NCBI GenBank assembly: GCA_900759715.1
Contig: CAAEXF010000039.1
Coordinates: 4,867 to 68,866 of the forward strand
DNA length: 64,000 bases
Direction of reading: 5' to 3'
Source: Clostridiaceae bacterium
GTDB lineage: Bacteria > Bacillota > Clostridia > Clostridiales > Clostridiaceae
Shown: positions 40,591 to 50,376 of the stretch, piece by piece
Numbering within the stretch: the first letter of the stretch is position 1
Layout: each line of letters begins with the position of its first letter
Program-made: the position numbers and the translations under genes
Notes under the pieces: generated by a model
Told to the model about the DNA's origin: nothing
Seen by the model: only the letters and a program-made list of their open reading frames with translations
Databases searched by the model: none

Positions 40591-41557
40591 CTATAACAAC
40601 CTCCAATCCTAAATTCTCTATCATTTTTATATCCTCTACAATTTTATTTCCAGAAGTAGTTAGATAATTTCCAGTAATAGTGGCATTGGCACCTACTTTA
40701 AAGCAGTTTTCTCCAAAGCCCTCTAAAAGATTTCTTCCTCCAGCTAATCTAATATAGGCCTTAGGATTTATAAATCTAAAAATAGCTATGGTTATTAATA
40801 TTTCCTCTTGAGCTAAAGAAGGGGTATTTTCTAAAGGTGTGCCTTTTATAGGATTTAGCAGATTAACAGGAATAGATTGAATTTCTAAATTTTGAAGCTC
40901 TAAAGCTAGTTTTATTCTGTCCTCCATGGTTTCACCCATGCCTATAATTCCACCGGAACAGACCTTTAAGCCTGCTTTTTTTGCATTATTTATAGTCTTT
41001 ATCCTTTCGTCATAAGTATGGGTTGTACATATTTTTTCATAGTACTCCCTGCTGGTTTCTAGATTATGATGGTACATTGAGATCCCTGTCTTTTTTAATT
41101 CTACAAGTTCTTTATAACCTATTATTCCTAAAGAGGCACAAAGATTTATCTTCACATTTTTTCTAAGGCATTTATATATATCTAAGGCTTTTTTAAAGTC
41201 TTCCCCCTGTAGCCCTCTGCCGCTAGTTACAAGAGAAAATCTATTTACTCCTTCTTTTTCATTTTCCATTGCTAACTTTAAAGCCTCTTTTTTATCTACC
41301 AGGCTGTATTCTTCTACATTGGTATGGTAGTGGGCCGACTGAGCACAATACTTGCAATCCTCAGAACATCTTCCTGACTTTGCATTCATAATAGAGCATA
41401 AATCCACTTTTCTTCCATTAAATTTATTACGGATTCTGTTTGCTGCTCTAAATAGTTCTTCTATATCTTTTACTTTAGAAAGCAGAAGAGCTTCTTCAAA
41501 ATTAACCTTTCCTCCTTCATTTATCTTCTTTTCTAATTTTAAGATTATATTTTCCAT
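40583..41557 (-). CDS. bioB: Biotin synthase
   Basis: [25 protein letters not shown] and RLAGGR motifs. Confidence 0.97.
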   Translation of the reverse strand: MENIILKLEKKINEGGKVNFEEALLLSKVKDIEELFRAANRIRNKFNGRKVDLCSIMNAKSGRCSEDCKYCAQSAHYHTNVEEYSLVDKKEALKLAMENEKEGVNRFSLVTSGRGLQGEDFKKALDIYKCLRKNVKINLCASLGIIGYKELVELKKTGISMYHHNLETSREYYEKICTTHTYDERIKTINNAKKAGLKVCSGGIIGMGETMEDRIKLALELQNLEIQSIPVNLLNPIKGTPLENTPSLAQEEILITIAIFRFINPKAYIRLAGGRNLLEGFGENCFKVGANATITGNYLTTSGNKIVEDIKMIENLGLEVVIDE

Positions 41558-41574
41558 TCTATTCTCTCCTATAT

Positions 41575-42135
41575 TTAATTTAATGTCAGTCTACTTTTTT
41601 TAGCAAAGGCTGCTACTTTTACAGCAGTTACTGCTACAACTAGGCTTAAGAATAAATCACCACCTATGCATACTGTGAATCCATAAAATATTGCCCATTC
41701 TACATTTTTGCTTTGTCCTAAGTATAAATTGTAGATTAAGTACAAATATGAAACGCCAAATAAGTATACGAAAAATAATCCTGATAGAGTAGCTAATAGT
41801 GCTTTTATTAAATTTAGTTCTTTTATTTTTTCTGTTATTTTTCCAATTACATAAGCCGCTGCAATAAAACCTATTAGATATCCAAAGGTTGGTTTAAAAA
41901 TATATCCCGGTCCGCCTCCCTCTGTAAATACAGGAACTCCTATTAGTCCAACCAAAACGTAGACTATCTGTGATATAGCTCCTAGTTTTGAACCTAAGAG
42001 TATTCCAGCAAAAGCACAAAACAAGAATTGAAGAGTAAATGGTACATAGGGAATTGGAATTCTAATAAAGGCGCCTACAGCTGTTAGAGCTGCGAACAGT
42101 GATACTAGAATTAATTCCCTAGTTTTCATTTTCAT
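41575..42135 (-). CDS. bioY: Biotin transporter BioY
   Basis: VPFTLQ, G.PVF and PTFGYL.GF motifs. Confidence 0.95.
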   Translation of the reverse strand: MKMKTRELILVSLFAALTAVGAFIRIPIPYVPFTLQFLFCAFAGILLGSKLGAISQIVYVLVGLIGVPVFTEGGGPGYIFKPTFGYLIGFIAAAYVIGKITEKIKELNLIKALLATLSGLFFVYLFGVSYLYLIYNLYLGQSKNVEWAIFYGFTVCIGGDLFLSLVVAVTAVKVAAFAKKSRLTLN

Positions 42136-42150
42136 AGATAATACCTCCTA

Positions 42151-42198
42151 TCATTTAATTGTTAACTAATAAAAAATAAAAGGTTAACAATTAAATGA
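42151..42198 (-). promoter_or_regulatory. BirA operator
   Basis: AATTGTTAAC-N16-GTTAACAATT, with arms extending to 16 bp, upstream of bioY. Confidence 0.92.
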
Positions 42199-42456
42199 TA
42201 CAAAACCTAATAAATTTTGTCAATTAAATATTGGTCTAGTATAAATTTTAGTCAAGCCCTTAATTTAAAAAATAAAATTAGGATTTAAAGAAGCCCTTGC
42301 ATCAGTAAAAATGACAACATCAAGATAGGATAATTTTTAAAGTTATATTTGAAATAAGAAAGAATATGTAATAATTATTAAGAATTTAAGGAAAAATATA
42401 AGTAAGGTTGTGGAAAATATATACATATTACTTTGGTGATACATAAGGAGGAAAGC

Positions 42457-43461
42457 ATGAGGAAGAAAATTAGAAAACTATTGTGCATTTCTATTTGTTT
42501 TATAGTATTAGTAACTTTAGTTAGTTGTGCAATAAAACCAGATACCACAATAAATAATTTTTTTGATGCGCTTAAAAAATCTGATATTCAAACAGCCTCA
42601 AAGTACTTATCGAGAAATGATTCAGCAAGTGTAGGAGGACTAAAGTTTGATAGACCTGAATATGAGAGACTTGCTAAACTAATTTTTACAAAGCTAAATT
42701 ATCAAGTAATATCATCGAATACCTCAGAGGATACTGCCATAGCTAAGACAAAGATTACCTCACCAGATTTGAATAAAATCAGTGGAAAAATGGTAACAGA
42801 TATATTCCCAGGCTTGTATAGCAAAGCGTTAAATGGTGAGCAATTAACACAAGACAAGATAAATCAGTTAATAGAGCAGTACTACACTAAGAATCTCAAC
42901 GAATCTTCAGTTCCTACTGTTACCAACGAAGTGGATATAAAACTTGTTAAAAATAAAGATAAAAATATGTGGCTTATAGAACCAAATGAAAATTTAGCAA
43001 ATGCAATGACAGGAAATTTATTTAAAGCATTTAATCCTATGACAATAAATAATAGTACTAGTATCAGCAAGAATTCAGAAGGAAAAATATATGGAATTAA
43101 TGAAGAGGCTAGAATAGGCAGTACTTCTATTACAATAACTAACTTTCAAAAGTCTTTTGGAGATGATTATATAAAAGCAGGGCAGGGAAATGAATTTATA
43201 ATAGTTACCTTAAAGGAAAGAAACATTGGAAGTGGAAATATAGACTATAATGAAGCATTTTATCAGCTTCAAAATTCAAAAGGACAGATAAAAAGCCCAG
43301 CTCCAAAGGGTTTTAATAGAAGACTAGACTCAGGAAGTTTGGTGCCTGGAGGAGAGGTAGATGGTACAGTAACTTTTGAAGTGCCTAAAGATGATCCTCA
43401 ATTAACTCTTATATACAATCAAGCTTCAAAGCCTGTATTAAAATTTAGATTAAACTATTAA
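42457..43461 (+). CDS. Lipoprotein with C-terminal DUF4352-like Ig-fold domain
   Basis: Lipobox LVSC; L.PG.EV.G.V.FEVPK motif; start moved to ATG 42457 (AAGGAGG). Confidence 0.75.
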   Translation: MRKKIRKLLCISICFIVLVTLVSCAIKPDTTINNFFDALKKSDIQTASKYLSRNDSASVGGLKFDRPEYERLAKLIFTKLNYQVISSNTSEDTAIAKTKITSPDLNKISGKMVTDIFPGLYSKALNGEQLTQDKINQLIEQYYTKNLNESSVPTVTNEVDIKLVKNKDKNMWLIEPNENLANAMTGNLFKAFNPMTINNSTSISKNSEGKIYGINEEARIGSTSITITNFQKSFGDDYIKAGQGNEFIIVTLKERNIGSGNIDYNEAFYQLQNSKGQIKSPAPKGFNRRLDSGSLVPGGEVDGTVTFEVPKDDPQLTLIYNQASKPVLKFRLNY

Positions 43462-43531
43462 AAATAAAGATTTCTTCAGAATTGTATTCTGGAGAAATCT
43501 TATTCACTTAATATTTTGGAAGATAAAGACT

Positions 43532-43560
43532 TTGCAAAAATGCGATAATGATTATAAAAT
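43532..43560 (+). promoter_or_regulatory. SigA promoter overlapped by a Fur/PerR-like box
   Basis: TTGCAA-N17-TAAAAT; CGATAATGATTATAA at 43543-43557. Confidence 0.5.
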
Positions 43561-43601
43561 AATAATAAGTAAAAAATAATTTTATTTGGAGTTGAAGTAA
43601 T

Positions 43602-45101
43602 ATGGAAAATACTTTAAATGTAATAAAAGATAAAACGTTAACATACGAGCAAAAGGTTTTAACTCTTGCCCGAGAGGCTGAAGCCAGCCTAAATGTACTG
43701 AATATAAGTAAAGATGTACAGGGATTAAGAGATGAGGGTATAATTTGTGACTTAAATGAAGGAAATGCCCCATACAGACCAAGATATATAGTTCCTGATT
43801 ATGAAAAGTTTATGAAGCAGGGCAGTGAATTTCTAGGATTAGAACCTGCAAAAGATATATGGGAAGCAACTAATAATTTATTGATATTGTACAAGCATGT
43901 TCCTTCAATTACTGCTATGCCTGTATATATAGGAAATATCGATACATTACTTGATCCATTTATAGATAATGAAGAAGAAGCATATAAGGCAATAAAATTA
44001 TTTTTATTGCACATAGACAGAACTATAACTGATTCCTTTTGTCATGCTAATATCGGACCTATAGAAACTAAAGCTGGAAGAATAATATTAAAAGCTCAAA
44101 GAGAACTTCAGACAGCTATACCTAATATAACTTTAAAATACAGTAAAAATACTTCCGATGATTTTGCAGCAGATGCAGTAAGTACAGCATTAGTTACAGC
44201 AAAGCCAAGCTTTGCAAATCATGAGATGTTTTCTGAAGAATTTAATAAGCATGGTGATTACGGTATTGCAAGTTGTTACAATGGATTATATATAGGGGGA
44301 GGAAGTTATACATTAGTTAGATTAAATTTGGCTGGATTATCTAAAAAAGCTAACAGCGTAGAAGAATTTATAAATAATACACTTCCAGATGCTATGTCAA
44401 AGATGTCAGATTATATTGATGAGAGAATAAAGTTTATTGTAGAGGAAAGCTCATTTTTTGAAAGCAGCTTCTTGGTAAAGGAAGGCTTAATAAGTCAAGA
44501 TAGATTTTCAGCTATGTTTGGGATGTTTGGATTAGCTGAGTGTGTAAATACTTTACTAAAAGCAGAAGAAAAGAAGGATAGATTTGGACATAGCGAATGT
44601 GCTAATAAATTAGGAATTTCAATTATTGATAAAATGTATGAAATAGTGAACAACAGAATAAATCCATACTGTGGTGCAACTGATAATCACTTTTTATTAC
44701 ATGCTCAGGTAGGAATTGAAACAGATAAAGGCACAAGCCCAGGATGCAGAATACCTATTGGTGAGGAGCCAGAACTACCTGTTCATTTATTGCAAAGTGC
44801 TAAATTCCATAAATACTTCCCATCAGGCATAGGCGATATATTCCCTTTTGAAATAACAGCAAAAAATAATCCTAAAGCTGTATTGGATATAATAAAAGGT
44901 GCCTTTAGAGAAGGAATGAGATATTTCTCCTTATACTCATCAGATAGCGATGTAATAAGAATAACAGGATATCTAGTAAAAAAATCTGATATAGAAAAGT
45001 TAAATAGAGGAGAACAAGTACTTCAAGATACAGTAGCTCTTGGACTTGGAGCTGTTAAAAACTCAAGGATATTTGAAAGAAAGGTAAGAGATAATGTCTA
45101 A
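43602..45101 (+). CDS. yjjI: YjjI-family glycyl radical enzyme
   Basis: EGNAPYRPRY, HVPSIT..PVY.G, SCYNGL..GGGS, LHAQVG and C-terminal RITGY glycyl loop. Confidence 0.92.
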   Translation: MENTLNVIKDKTLTYEQKVLTLAREAEASLNVLNISKDVQGLRDEGIICDLNEGNAPYRPRYIVPDYEKFMKQGSEFLGLEPAKDIWEATNNLLILYKHVPSITAMPVYIGNIDTLLDPFIDNEEEAYKAIKLFLLHIDRTITDSFCHANIGPIETKAGRIILKAQRELQTAIPNITLKYSKNTSDDFAADAVSTALVTAKPSFANHEMFSEEFNKHGDYGIASCYNGLYIGGGSYTLVRLNLAGLSKKANSVEEFINNTLPDAMSKMSDYIDERIKFIVEESSFFESSFLVKEGLISQDRFSAMFGMFGLAECVNTLLKAEEKKDRFGHSECANKLGISIIDKMYEIVNNRINPYCGATDNHFLLHAQVGIETDKGTSPGCRIPIGEEPELPVHLLQSAKFHKYFPSGIGDIFPFEITAKNNPKAVLDIIKGAFREGMRYFSLYSSDSDVIRITGYLVKKSDIEKLNRGEQVLQDTVALGLGAVKNSRIFERKVRDNV

Positions 45102-45930
45102 AGGATTAGTAAATAAAATTATTCCTTTTAGCATGGTAGATGGACCAGCAAATAGGATGGCTATATTTTTTCAAGGATGTAATTTTGACTGCCTATATTG
45201 CCATAATCCTGAAACAATAAAAAGATGTGCGCAGTGTGGAACCTGCTTATTCAGCTGCAAATTTGACGCTATATCTATGGTAGGTGACTCAGTGATATGG
45301 CAGGAAGAAAAATGCAAGGATTGCGGAGAATGTATTAAGGTATGTAAGAATAGTTGCGGTCCTAGGACAAAAGCAATGAGTGTAGGAGAAATATTACAAG
45401 AAGTTATAAAAGTTAAGCCATTTATTTCAGGGATAACCGTATCAGGAGGAGAATGTACCCTTCAAAATAAATTCTTAGTAGATTTATTTGAAAAGGTAAA
45501 AAAGTTAGATCTTACAGTATTTGTGGATACAAATGGATCTACAGATTTTAGTAAGAATAAAGAGCTTGTAGATCTAATGGATATGGCAATGTTAGATATA
45601 AAATCCTTTGATAGGGATGAACACATAAAGCTAACAGGAAGAGACAATGATATAGTATTAAAAAATGCAGAGTATCTTGCTGGCGTAAATAAGTTATACG
45701 AGGTTAGAACTGTAATAGTGCCAGGTGTTTTAGATAATTTTAATAATGTAAATGAAATAAGCAAGCTTATAGCATCATTAAATCCTGAAATAAGGTATAA
45801 GATTATAAAATATAGACCTATTGGTGTACGTACGGATAAAATAGAGGCTGTTCAACCTAATGATGAAATGATGGAAGAACTTAAGGTTATAGCTAGCAAG
45901 AACGGATGTAAAAATATAATTATAGTATAA
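45094..45930 (+). CDS. yjjW: YjjW-family GRE activating enzyme
   Basis: QGCNFDCLYCHNPET, ferredoxin-like insert, SGGECT; overlaps yjjI. Confidence 0.92.
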   Translation: MSKGLVNKIIPFSMVDGPANRMAIFFQGCNFDCLYCHNPETIKRCAQCGTCLFSCKFDAISMVGDSVIWQEEKCKDCGECIKVCKNSCGPRTKAMSVGEILQEVIKVKPFISGITVSGGECTLQNKFLVDLFEKVKKLDLTVFVDTNGSTDFSKNKELVDLMDMAMLDIKSFDRDEHIKLTGRDNDIVLKNAEYLAGVNKLYEVRTVIVPGVLDNFNNVNEISKLIASLNPEIRYKIIKYRPIGVRTDKIEAVQPNDEMMEELKVIASKNGCKNIIIV

Positions 45931-45972
45931 ATAAGAGGCTGCTGGAAAAAGTAATCCAGTAGCCTCTTATTT
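45930..45972 (+). terminator. Intrinsic terminator
   Basis: AATAAGAGGCTGCTGGA...TCCAGTAGCCTCTTATT. Confidence 0.8.
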
Positions 45973-46055
45973 ATATTGAATGTAAGTAGTAAATAAAACA
46001 TTTAAGAGGTAAAATATATATAATAATAAAGTTATTTTGAAGCGGAGGAAAGAAA

Positions 46056-46550
46056 ATGATAAGTTTTGTCGTTGCAATATCAAGTAATAATGTTATAGGA
46101 TTAGATAACAAAATACCTTGGTATTTACCGGATGATCTAAAGAAATTTAAAGAAATTACAACTGGTAAAACTAAGACAATGATTATGGGAAGAAAAACCT
46201 TTGAATCTCTTCCGCAGATATTACCAGACAGACATCACGTGGTACTTACAAGAGATAAAAATTATAAAGTGGATGATAACAGAGTTATTATAGTCAATAA
46301 TGAAGAGAATTTAGAAAAATATATTAAGGATGAAAAAGAATATTTTGTAATAGGGGGAGAAGAAATTTTTTCATTATTATTTCCATATACAAATAAGATG
46401 TACATAACTGAAATAGATGCGGACATACAAGGAGATACCTTTTTCCCTAAATATGATGAAAAGGAATGGAATGTTATTGAACTGAAAGAAGGTAAAATTG
46501 ACGAAGACAATAAATATGTACACTTGTATAAAGTTTTAGAAAGAAAGTAG
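46056..46550 (+). CDS. folA: Dihydrofolate reductase
   Basis: IG...KIPW.LP.D, MGRKTFESL, LP.R, IGG and GDTFFP motifs. Confidence 0.96.
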   Translation: MISFVVAISSNNVIGLDNKIPWYLPDDLKKFKEITTGKTKTMIMGRKTFESLPQILPDRHHVVLTRDKNYKVDDNRVIIVNNEENLEKYIKDEKEYFVIGGEEIFSLLFPYTNKMYITEIDADIQGDTFFPKYDEKEWNVIELKEGKIDEDNKYVHLYKVLERK

Positions 46551-46592
46551 AAACTATAGGATTTCAACCTTGAAATCCTATGGTCTCGAGTT

Positions 46593-46811
46593 TTATTTTG
46601 TATTTTCAGAAGTTATATCATAACCAGTGTGTTTTATGCAGTGTTCTATTTGTCCAGGGTTAGCTGGCTCATTATATTGTATTTCAATAGTTCCCCTAGC
46701 AAGATCTACAGCCACATCTTGAACACCTTCAATTTCGTCCAAGGCATTTTTTACTTTAGTTTTACTTTGAGTTCCTGCTAAGCCAGATACATTATAATGT
46801 AGTGTTTTCAT
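46593..46811 (-). CDS. HMA/CopZ-fold protein lacking CxxC
   Basis: V.G......KVKNAL..IEGV..V.VDL...GY pattern; start ATG 46811 with GAAGGGAG. Confidence 0.7.
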   Translation of the reverse strand: MKTLHYNVSGLAGTQSKTKVKNALDEIEGVQDVAVDLARGTIEIQYNEPANPGQIEHCIKHTGYDITSENTK

Positions 46812-46970
46812 AAAGATTCTCCCTTCAAGCATAATAGTATATTTCAAATATAGTATTACAATAAAGAAAAATTTTATCCGGTGACTTACCCGCTCTAATA
46901 CTCAAAATGAAATTCAAATAAAAATTTTTGAATTCCAAATATAAATTATAGATAAAGGTTAATATACATT

Positions 46971-47195
46971 TAAGCAGGGAGCCAAAATCTTAAGCAGATA
47001 TCCCAAATCTGTGATTTGGAGATAGTCGCTTACACAGAGTGCTGATTTTGTGCGAATCGGTTAAGCAGACATACAAAATCTTAAGTAGATATCCCAAATC
47101 TATGATTTGGTGATAGTCACTTACACAGCGTGCCGATTTTGATATGGTCGCTTACTCAGTGAGTACTCCTCTGACACAAGGAAGAGGAGTTTCGT
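46971..47195. repeat. Two 91-bp tandem units of nested hairpin modules
   Basis: TAAG(C/T)AG starts at 46971, 46991, 47062 and 47082; module TAAGYAGA..CAAATC-x-GATTTG..GTCRCTTAC.CAG. Confidence 0.8.
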
Positions 47196-47227
47196 TTACT
47201 CTAATAAAGCTTAATAGGAGTGATAAA

Positions 47228-48748
47228 ATGCCGGAAAGATACTGGCCTGAAACAGTAATTTTATGGGGTGCGGGAGCTACTAAATCACTTGGATTATATG
47301 CAACAAAGGAATTAATACAGCTAGTAATAAAGATTAATAAAAATGACTTTTCATTCTTGGAAAATAAAAATGAAAAACTAAAAAATGCTTTTAAGAAACT
47401 GGTAATGGAGGATTTAACTAAAGACTCTAAGCTATCAAAAATATATGATTTAAAGGCATTAGCAACTATTATAAATACTAATACTAAACTAAACATGCAT
47501 GAGCTTTTTACAATGTTGGATCAGCTAATAGACAATGGTATGGGATTCAACGCATTTTGCAATGGCAAAACAGAATTTTTAAGAGTTGAGAGAATTATTG
47601 GTGCTAAAAGGTGCTTAATTCTGCTCATTGAAGAACTGGAAAGACTTAGTGTACAAAGTAGCCCAGGTTATATTGACGAAGAACTTGTAAATCCATACTA
47701 TCAATTTTCAAAAATTTTGACAGAACTTATGAAAGAAGAGGCTAAGTGTTTTGAAGATAGAGGGTATAAAAGAGATACAAGAAGATTCTATCTTTACTCC
47801 TATGCAATAGTATCCTTTAACTGGGATCCAATACTTCTCTGGAATATTTTTAATGCTCATAAAGAAGAAAACGACAATCCTATGCACATGAAGGATGGAT
47901 TAAAGCTTAGGCTATTTGATGACTTTGGTACTAGAATAGCATCAACAGAGATTGAAAAGGATGAATCGGGAATATGGTATACCTCTGATGAATCTCAATG
48001 TAAAAGGGTTAATGATTATAAATATCCATCTAGAATTGTAAGGATAGGAAAAATATTATTCCCTCATGGTGTATTTGGTTCAAGGATATGCCCTGAGTGT
48101 GGAAAATATATAACTACCTTTGGTGCTAAATGGGATAGGCTGTCTACTGAAGTTTTTGGGCCATCAGTATTTGGGGGACTTCAGAAAAACTGGAAGTATA
48201 AAACCAAGAAAGAGTGTGAATATAGAAGGGGAGCAATTGAATGTCCCTACTGCGGCCAAGTAACTTATCCATATGATATGCCTTTAATAATGCAGACTTT
48301 AGCTAAAAAAAGAAGTATACCTCCTTTAGAAGAAATAAAAACTGAAATGGGACTGTTGATGAAAAATGCAAAGCATATTATCTTTGCTGGATATAGTCTA
48401 CCCTTTGATGATATTATGGTAAAAACCTTTTTTATGTCTTCTATCTCGGGAAATGATAAAAGCAAATTAAAATGCACTGTGGTAAATTTCGATGAAAATT
48501 ATTCAAGCGACGTAGAATGGCTAAAAGATGAAGAAATAGAGAAGTATATAAAATCAAATAAAGATAAGTCAGTGGTGGAATGCATAGAAAATGTTTGTGA
48601 TATATTTAATATTCAAAATGTAAGAATATCTCTTAAGGGTATACCCAATGTATTTATGGAAAATGGAAAGTGTAGTAAAGATAAGATTATTGATTTATTA
48701 TATCCTAAAGAGTATTTTCAGGAAGGCTTTCCTGTTGAAAGGGATTAA
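47228..48748 (+). CDS. SIR2-like (SIR2_2-type) protein with zinc ribbon
   Basis: WGAGAT, SFNWD, PHG, CPEC...CPYC and FAGYSLP.DD motifs; start moved to ATG 47228 (AGGAG). Confidence 0.8.
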   Translation: MPERYWPETVILWGAGATKSLGLYATKELIQLVIKINKNDFSFLENKNEKLKNAFKKLVMEDLTKDSKLSKIYDLKALATIINTNTKLNMHELFTMLDQLIDNGMGFNAFCNGKTEFLRVERIIGAKRCLILLIEELERLSVQSSPGYIDEELVNPYYQFSKILTELMKEEAKCFEDRGYKRDTRRFYLYSYAIVSFNWDPILLWNIFNAHKEENDNPMHMKDGLKLRLFDDFGTRIASTEIEKDESGIWYTSDESQCKRVNDYKYPSRIVRIGKILFPHGVFGSRICPECGKYITTFGAKWDRLSTEVFGPSVFGGLQKNWKYKTKKECEYRRGAIECPYCGQVTYPYDMPLIMQTLAKKRSIPPLEEIKTEMGLLMKNAKHIIFAGYSLPFDDIMVKTFFMSSISGNDKSKLKCTVVNFDENYSSDVEWLKDEEIEKYIKSNKDKSVVECIENVCDIFNIQNVRISLKGIPNVFMENGKCSKDKIIDLLYPKEYFQEGFPVERD

Positions 48749-48862
48749 GAAGATAAATTTAGAAGTAACCTTAGGGAAACTATGAAACTAAAAAGTACTG
48801 TATTGAAAGGATTTTTTCACAGAAATATAATTAATATAACAAACAAAAGGAGGAATGTGAAA

Positions 48863-50038
48863 ATGTTAAACTTTAATTATGATATTCCAACAAAGGTTTT
48901 CTTCGGAAAAGACCAAATAAGTGTTTTAGGAGAGCAAGTAAAGAAATATGGCTCTAAAGTTTTATTGGTGTATGGAGGAGGAAGTATAAAAAAGAGCGGG
49001 CTATACGATAGAGTAGTAGAAATACTTAACAATGCAAATATACAATTTTTAGAGCTATCAGGGGTAGAGCCTAACCCTAGGATTACAAGTGTAAGAAAAG
49101 GAGCAGAGCTTTGTAAGGAAAATAACATAGATTTTATTTTAGCTGTAGGCGCAGGAAGTGTAATTGACTGTGCAAAGGTTATTGCTGCAGCTAATTACTA
49201 TGATGAAGATCCATGGAATTTCTTAACTAGGAAAGCGCCAGTACAGAAGGTGCTGCCTATTGGTACAATACTTACTCTTGCAGCAACAGGTTCAGAAATG
49301 GATCCATTTGCGGTAATAAGTAATTTAGATACAAATGAAAAACTATCAACAGCACATCCAGATATGTCACCAAAGTTTTCAATCTTAGATCCAACATATA
49401 CTTTCACTGTTCCAGCTAGTCAAACGGCAGCAGGAACAGCTGATATAATGAGTCATATTTATGAAAACTATTTTAGTAATACTAAATCTGCATATCTTCA
49501 AAGTAGAATGGCAGAAGCAATGCTTAAGACTTGTATAAAATATGGCCCTATAGCATATAAGGAACCTGAGAACTATGAGGCAAGAGCAAATTTAATGTGG
49601 ACTTCAAGTTTGGCAATTAACGGATTAATAAGTTATGGTAAGGAAACTGAATGGTCTGTGCATGCTATGGAGCATGAATTAAGTGCATTCTACGATATAA
49701 CTCATGGTGTTGGTTTGGCATTGTTAACTCCTCACTGGATGAAATACATCCTAAATGATGATACAGTAGATGGCTTTGTTGAGTATGGAGTTAACGTTTG
49801 GGGACTTGATCCAGAAGGAGATAAATTTGAACTAGCTAACAAGGCTATTGATAAGACAAAAGAGTTTTTTGTTTCCTTAGGTTTACCAACAAAGCTTCAA
49901 GAGATTGGGATAGATAGAGAAAATCTAGAAACAATGGCTAAAGGTGCAGTAAGATACGGTGAGATAGGTAACTTTAGAAAACTAAATGCTGAGGATGTTC
50001 TAAAAATCTTTGAATCAGCACTATCAAGTGATTCTTAG
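48863..50038 (+). CDS. Iron-containing alcohol (butanol) dehydrogenase, BdhA/B-like
   Basis: GGGS, GVEPNP, GAGSVID, ATGSE and H..EH..SA.YD.THG motifs; start ATG 48863 (AGGAGG). Confidence 0.92.
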   Translation: MLNFNYDIPTKVFFGKDQISVLGEQVKKYGSKVLLVYGGGSIKKSGLYDRVVEILNNANIQFLELSGVEPNPRITSVRKGAELCKENNIDFILAVGAGSVIDCAKVIAAANYYDEDPWNFLTRKAPVQKVLPIGTILTLAATGSEMDPFAVISNLDTNEKLSTAHPDMSPKFSILDPTYTFTVPASQTAAGTADIMSHIYENYFSNTKSAYLQSRMAEAMLKTCIKYGPIAYKEPENYEARANLMWTSSLAINGLISYGKETEWSVHAMEHELSAFYDITHGVGLALLTPHWMKYILNDDTVDGFVEYGVNVWGLDPEGDKFELANKAIDKTKEFFVSLGLPTKLQEIGIDRENLETMAKGAVRYGEIGNFRKLNAEDVLKIFESALSSDS

Positions 50039-50168
50039 GTTCGGATGGAATTTGCTTATAAGGATGACTTTCTTCATCTGAACCTTAGCAGAACTTATCC
50101 AGGCGCGTAGCAGTGCTTATCCCCCACTTTGATAGAAGATGGGGGTGTTAGCAATGGTAGCGATCGGA
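50024..50168. mobile_element. Two-module MITE-like hairpin element overlapping the dehydrogenase stop codon
   Basis: Stems AGGTTCGGATG/CATCTGAACCT, TTATCC...GGATAA and CCCCCA/TGGGGG; TC..GA ends flanked by TA; more GC-rich than surroundings. Confidence 0.7.
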
Positions 50169-50176
50169 TAAAAATA

Positions 50177-50273
50177 AAGCTGAAGAAACTTTAAAATTGA
50201 GTGATTGTATAACATAGCTGGCTTACAGGAAAACTAACTATGAAATTGCTCTAAAAAGTTTTTTCAGCTTTTT
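50177..50273 (+). terminator. Long hairpin terminator
   Basis: AAAGCTGAAGAAACTTT...AAAGTTTTTTCAGCTTT followed by T runs. Confidence 0.7.
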
Positions 50274-50376
50274 ATTTTTTATGGTTGCAAAATATATTAC
50301 ATTATGTTAATATAAACATAAGTTAAGTTAATAAGCAAAAGTTAAGAAAAAGATATTTAACATTGAGGGGAATTTT

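Noticed and set aside
42157..42192. Rex operator
   Set aside because: The half-sites are 16 bp apart and precede bioY, which fits BirA.
46971..47160. CRISPR array
   Set aside because: Only two 91-bp units; the intervening parts are homologous nested hairpins rather than unique spacers; no cas genes.
47144..47227. N-terminal extension of the SIR2-like ORF
   Set aside because: It lies inside the repeat; the RBS supports ATG 47228.
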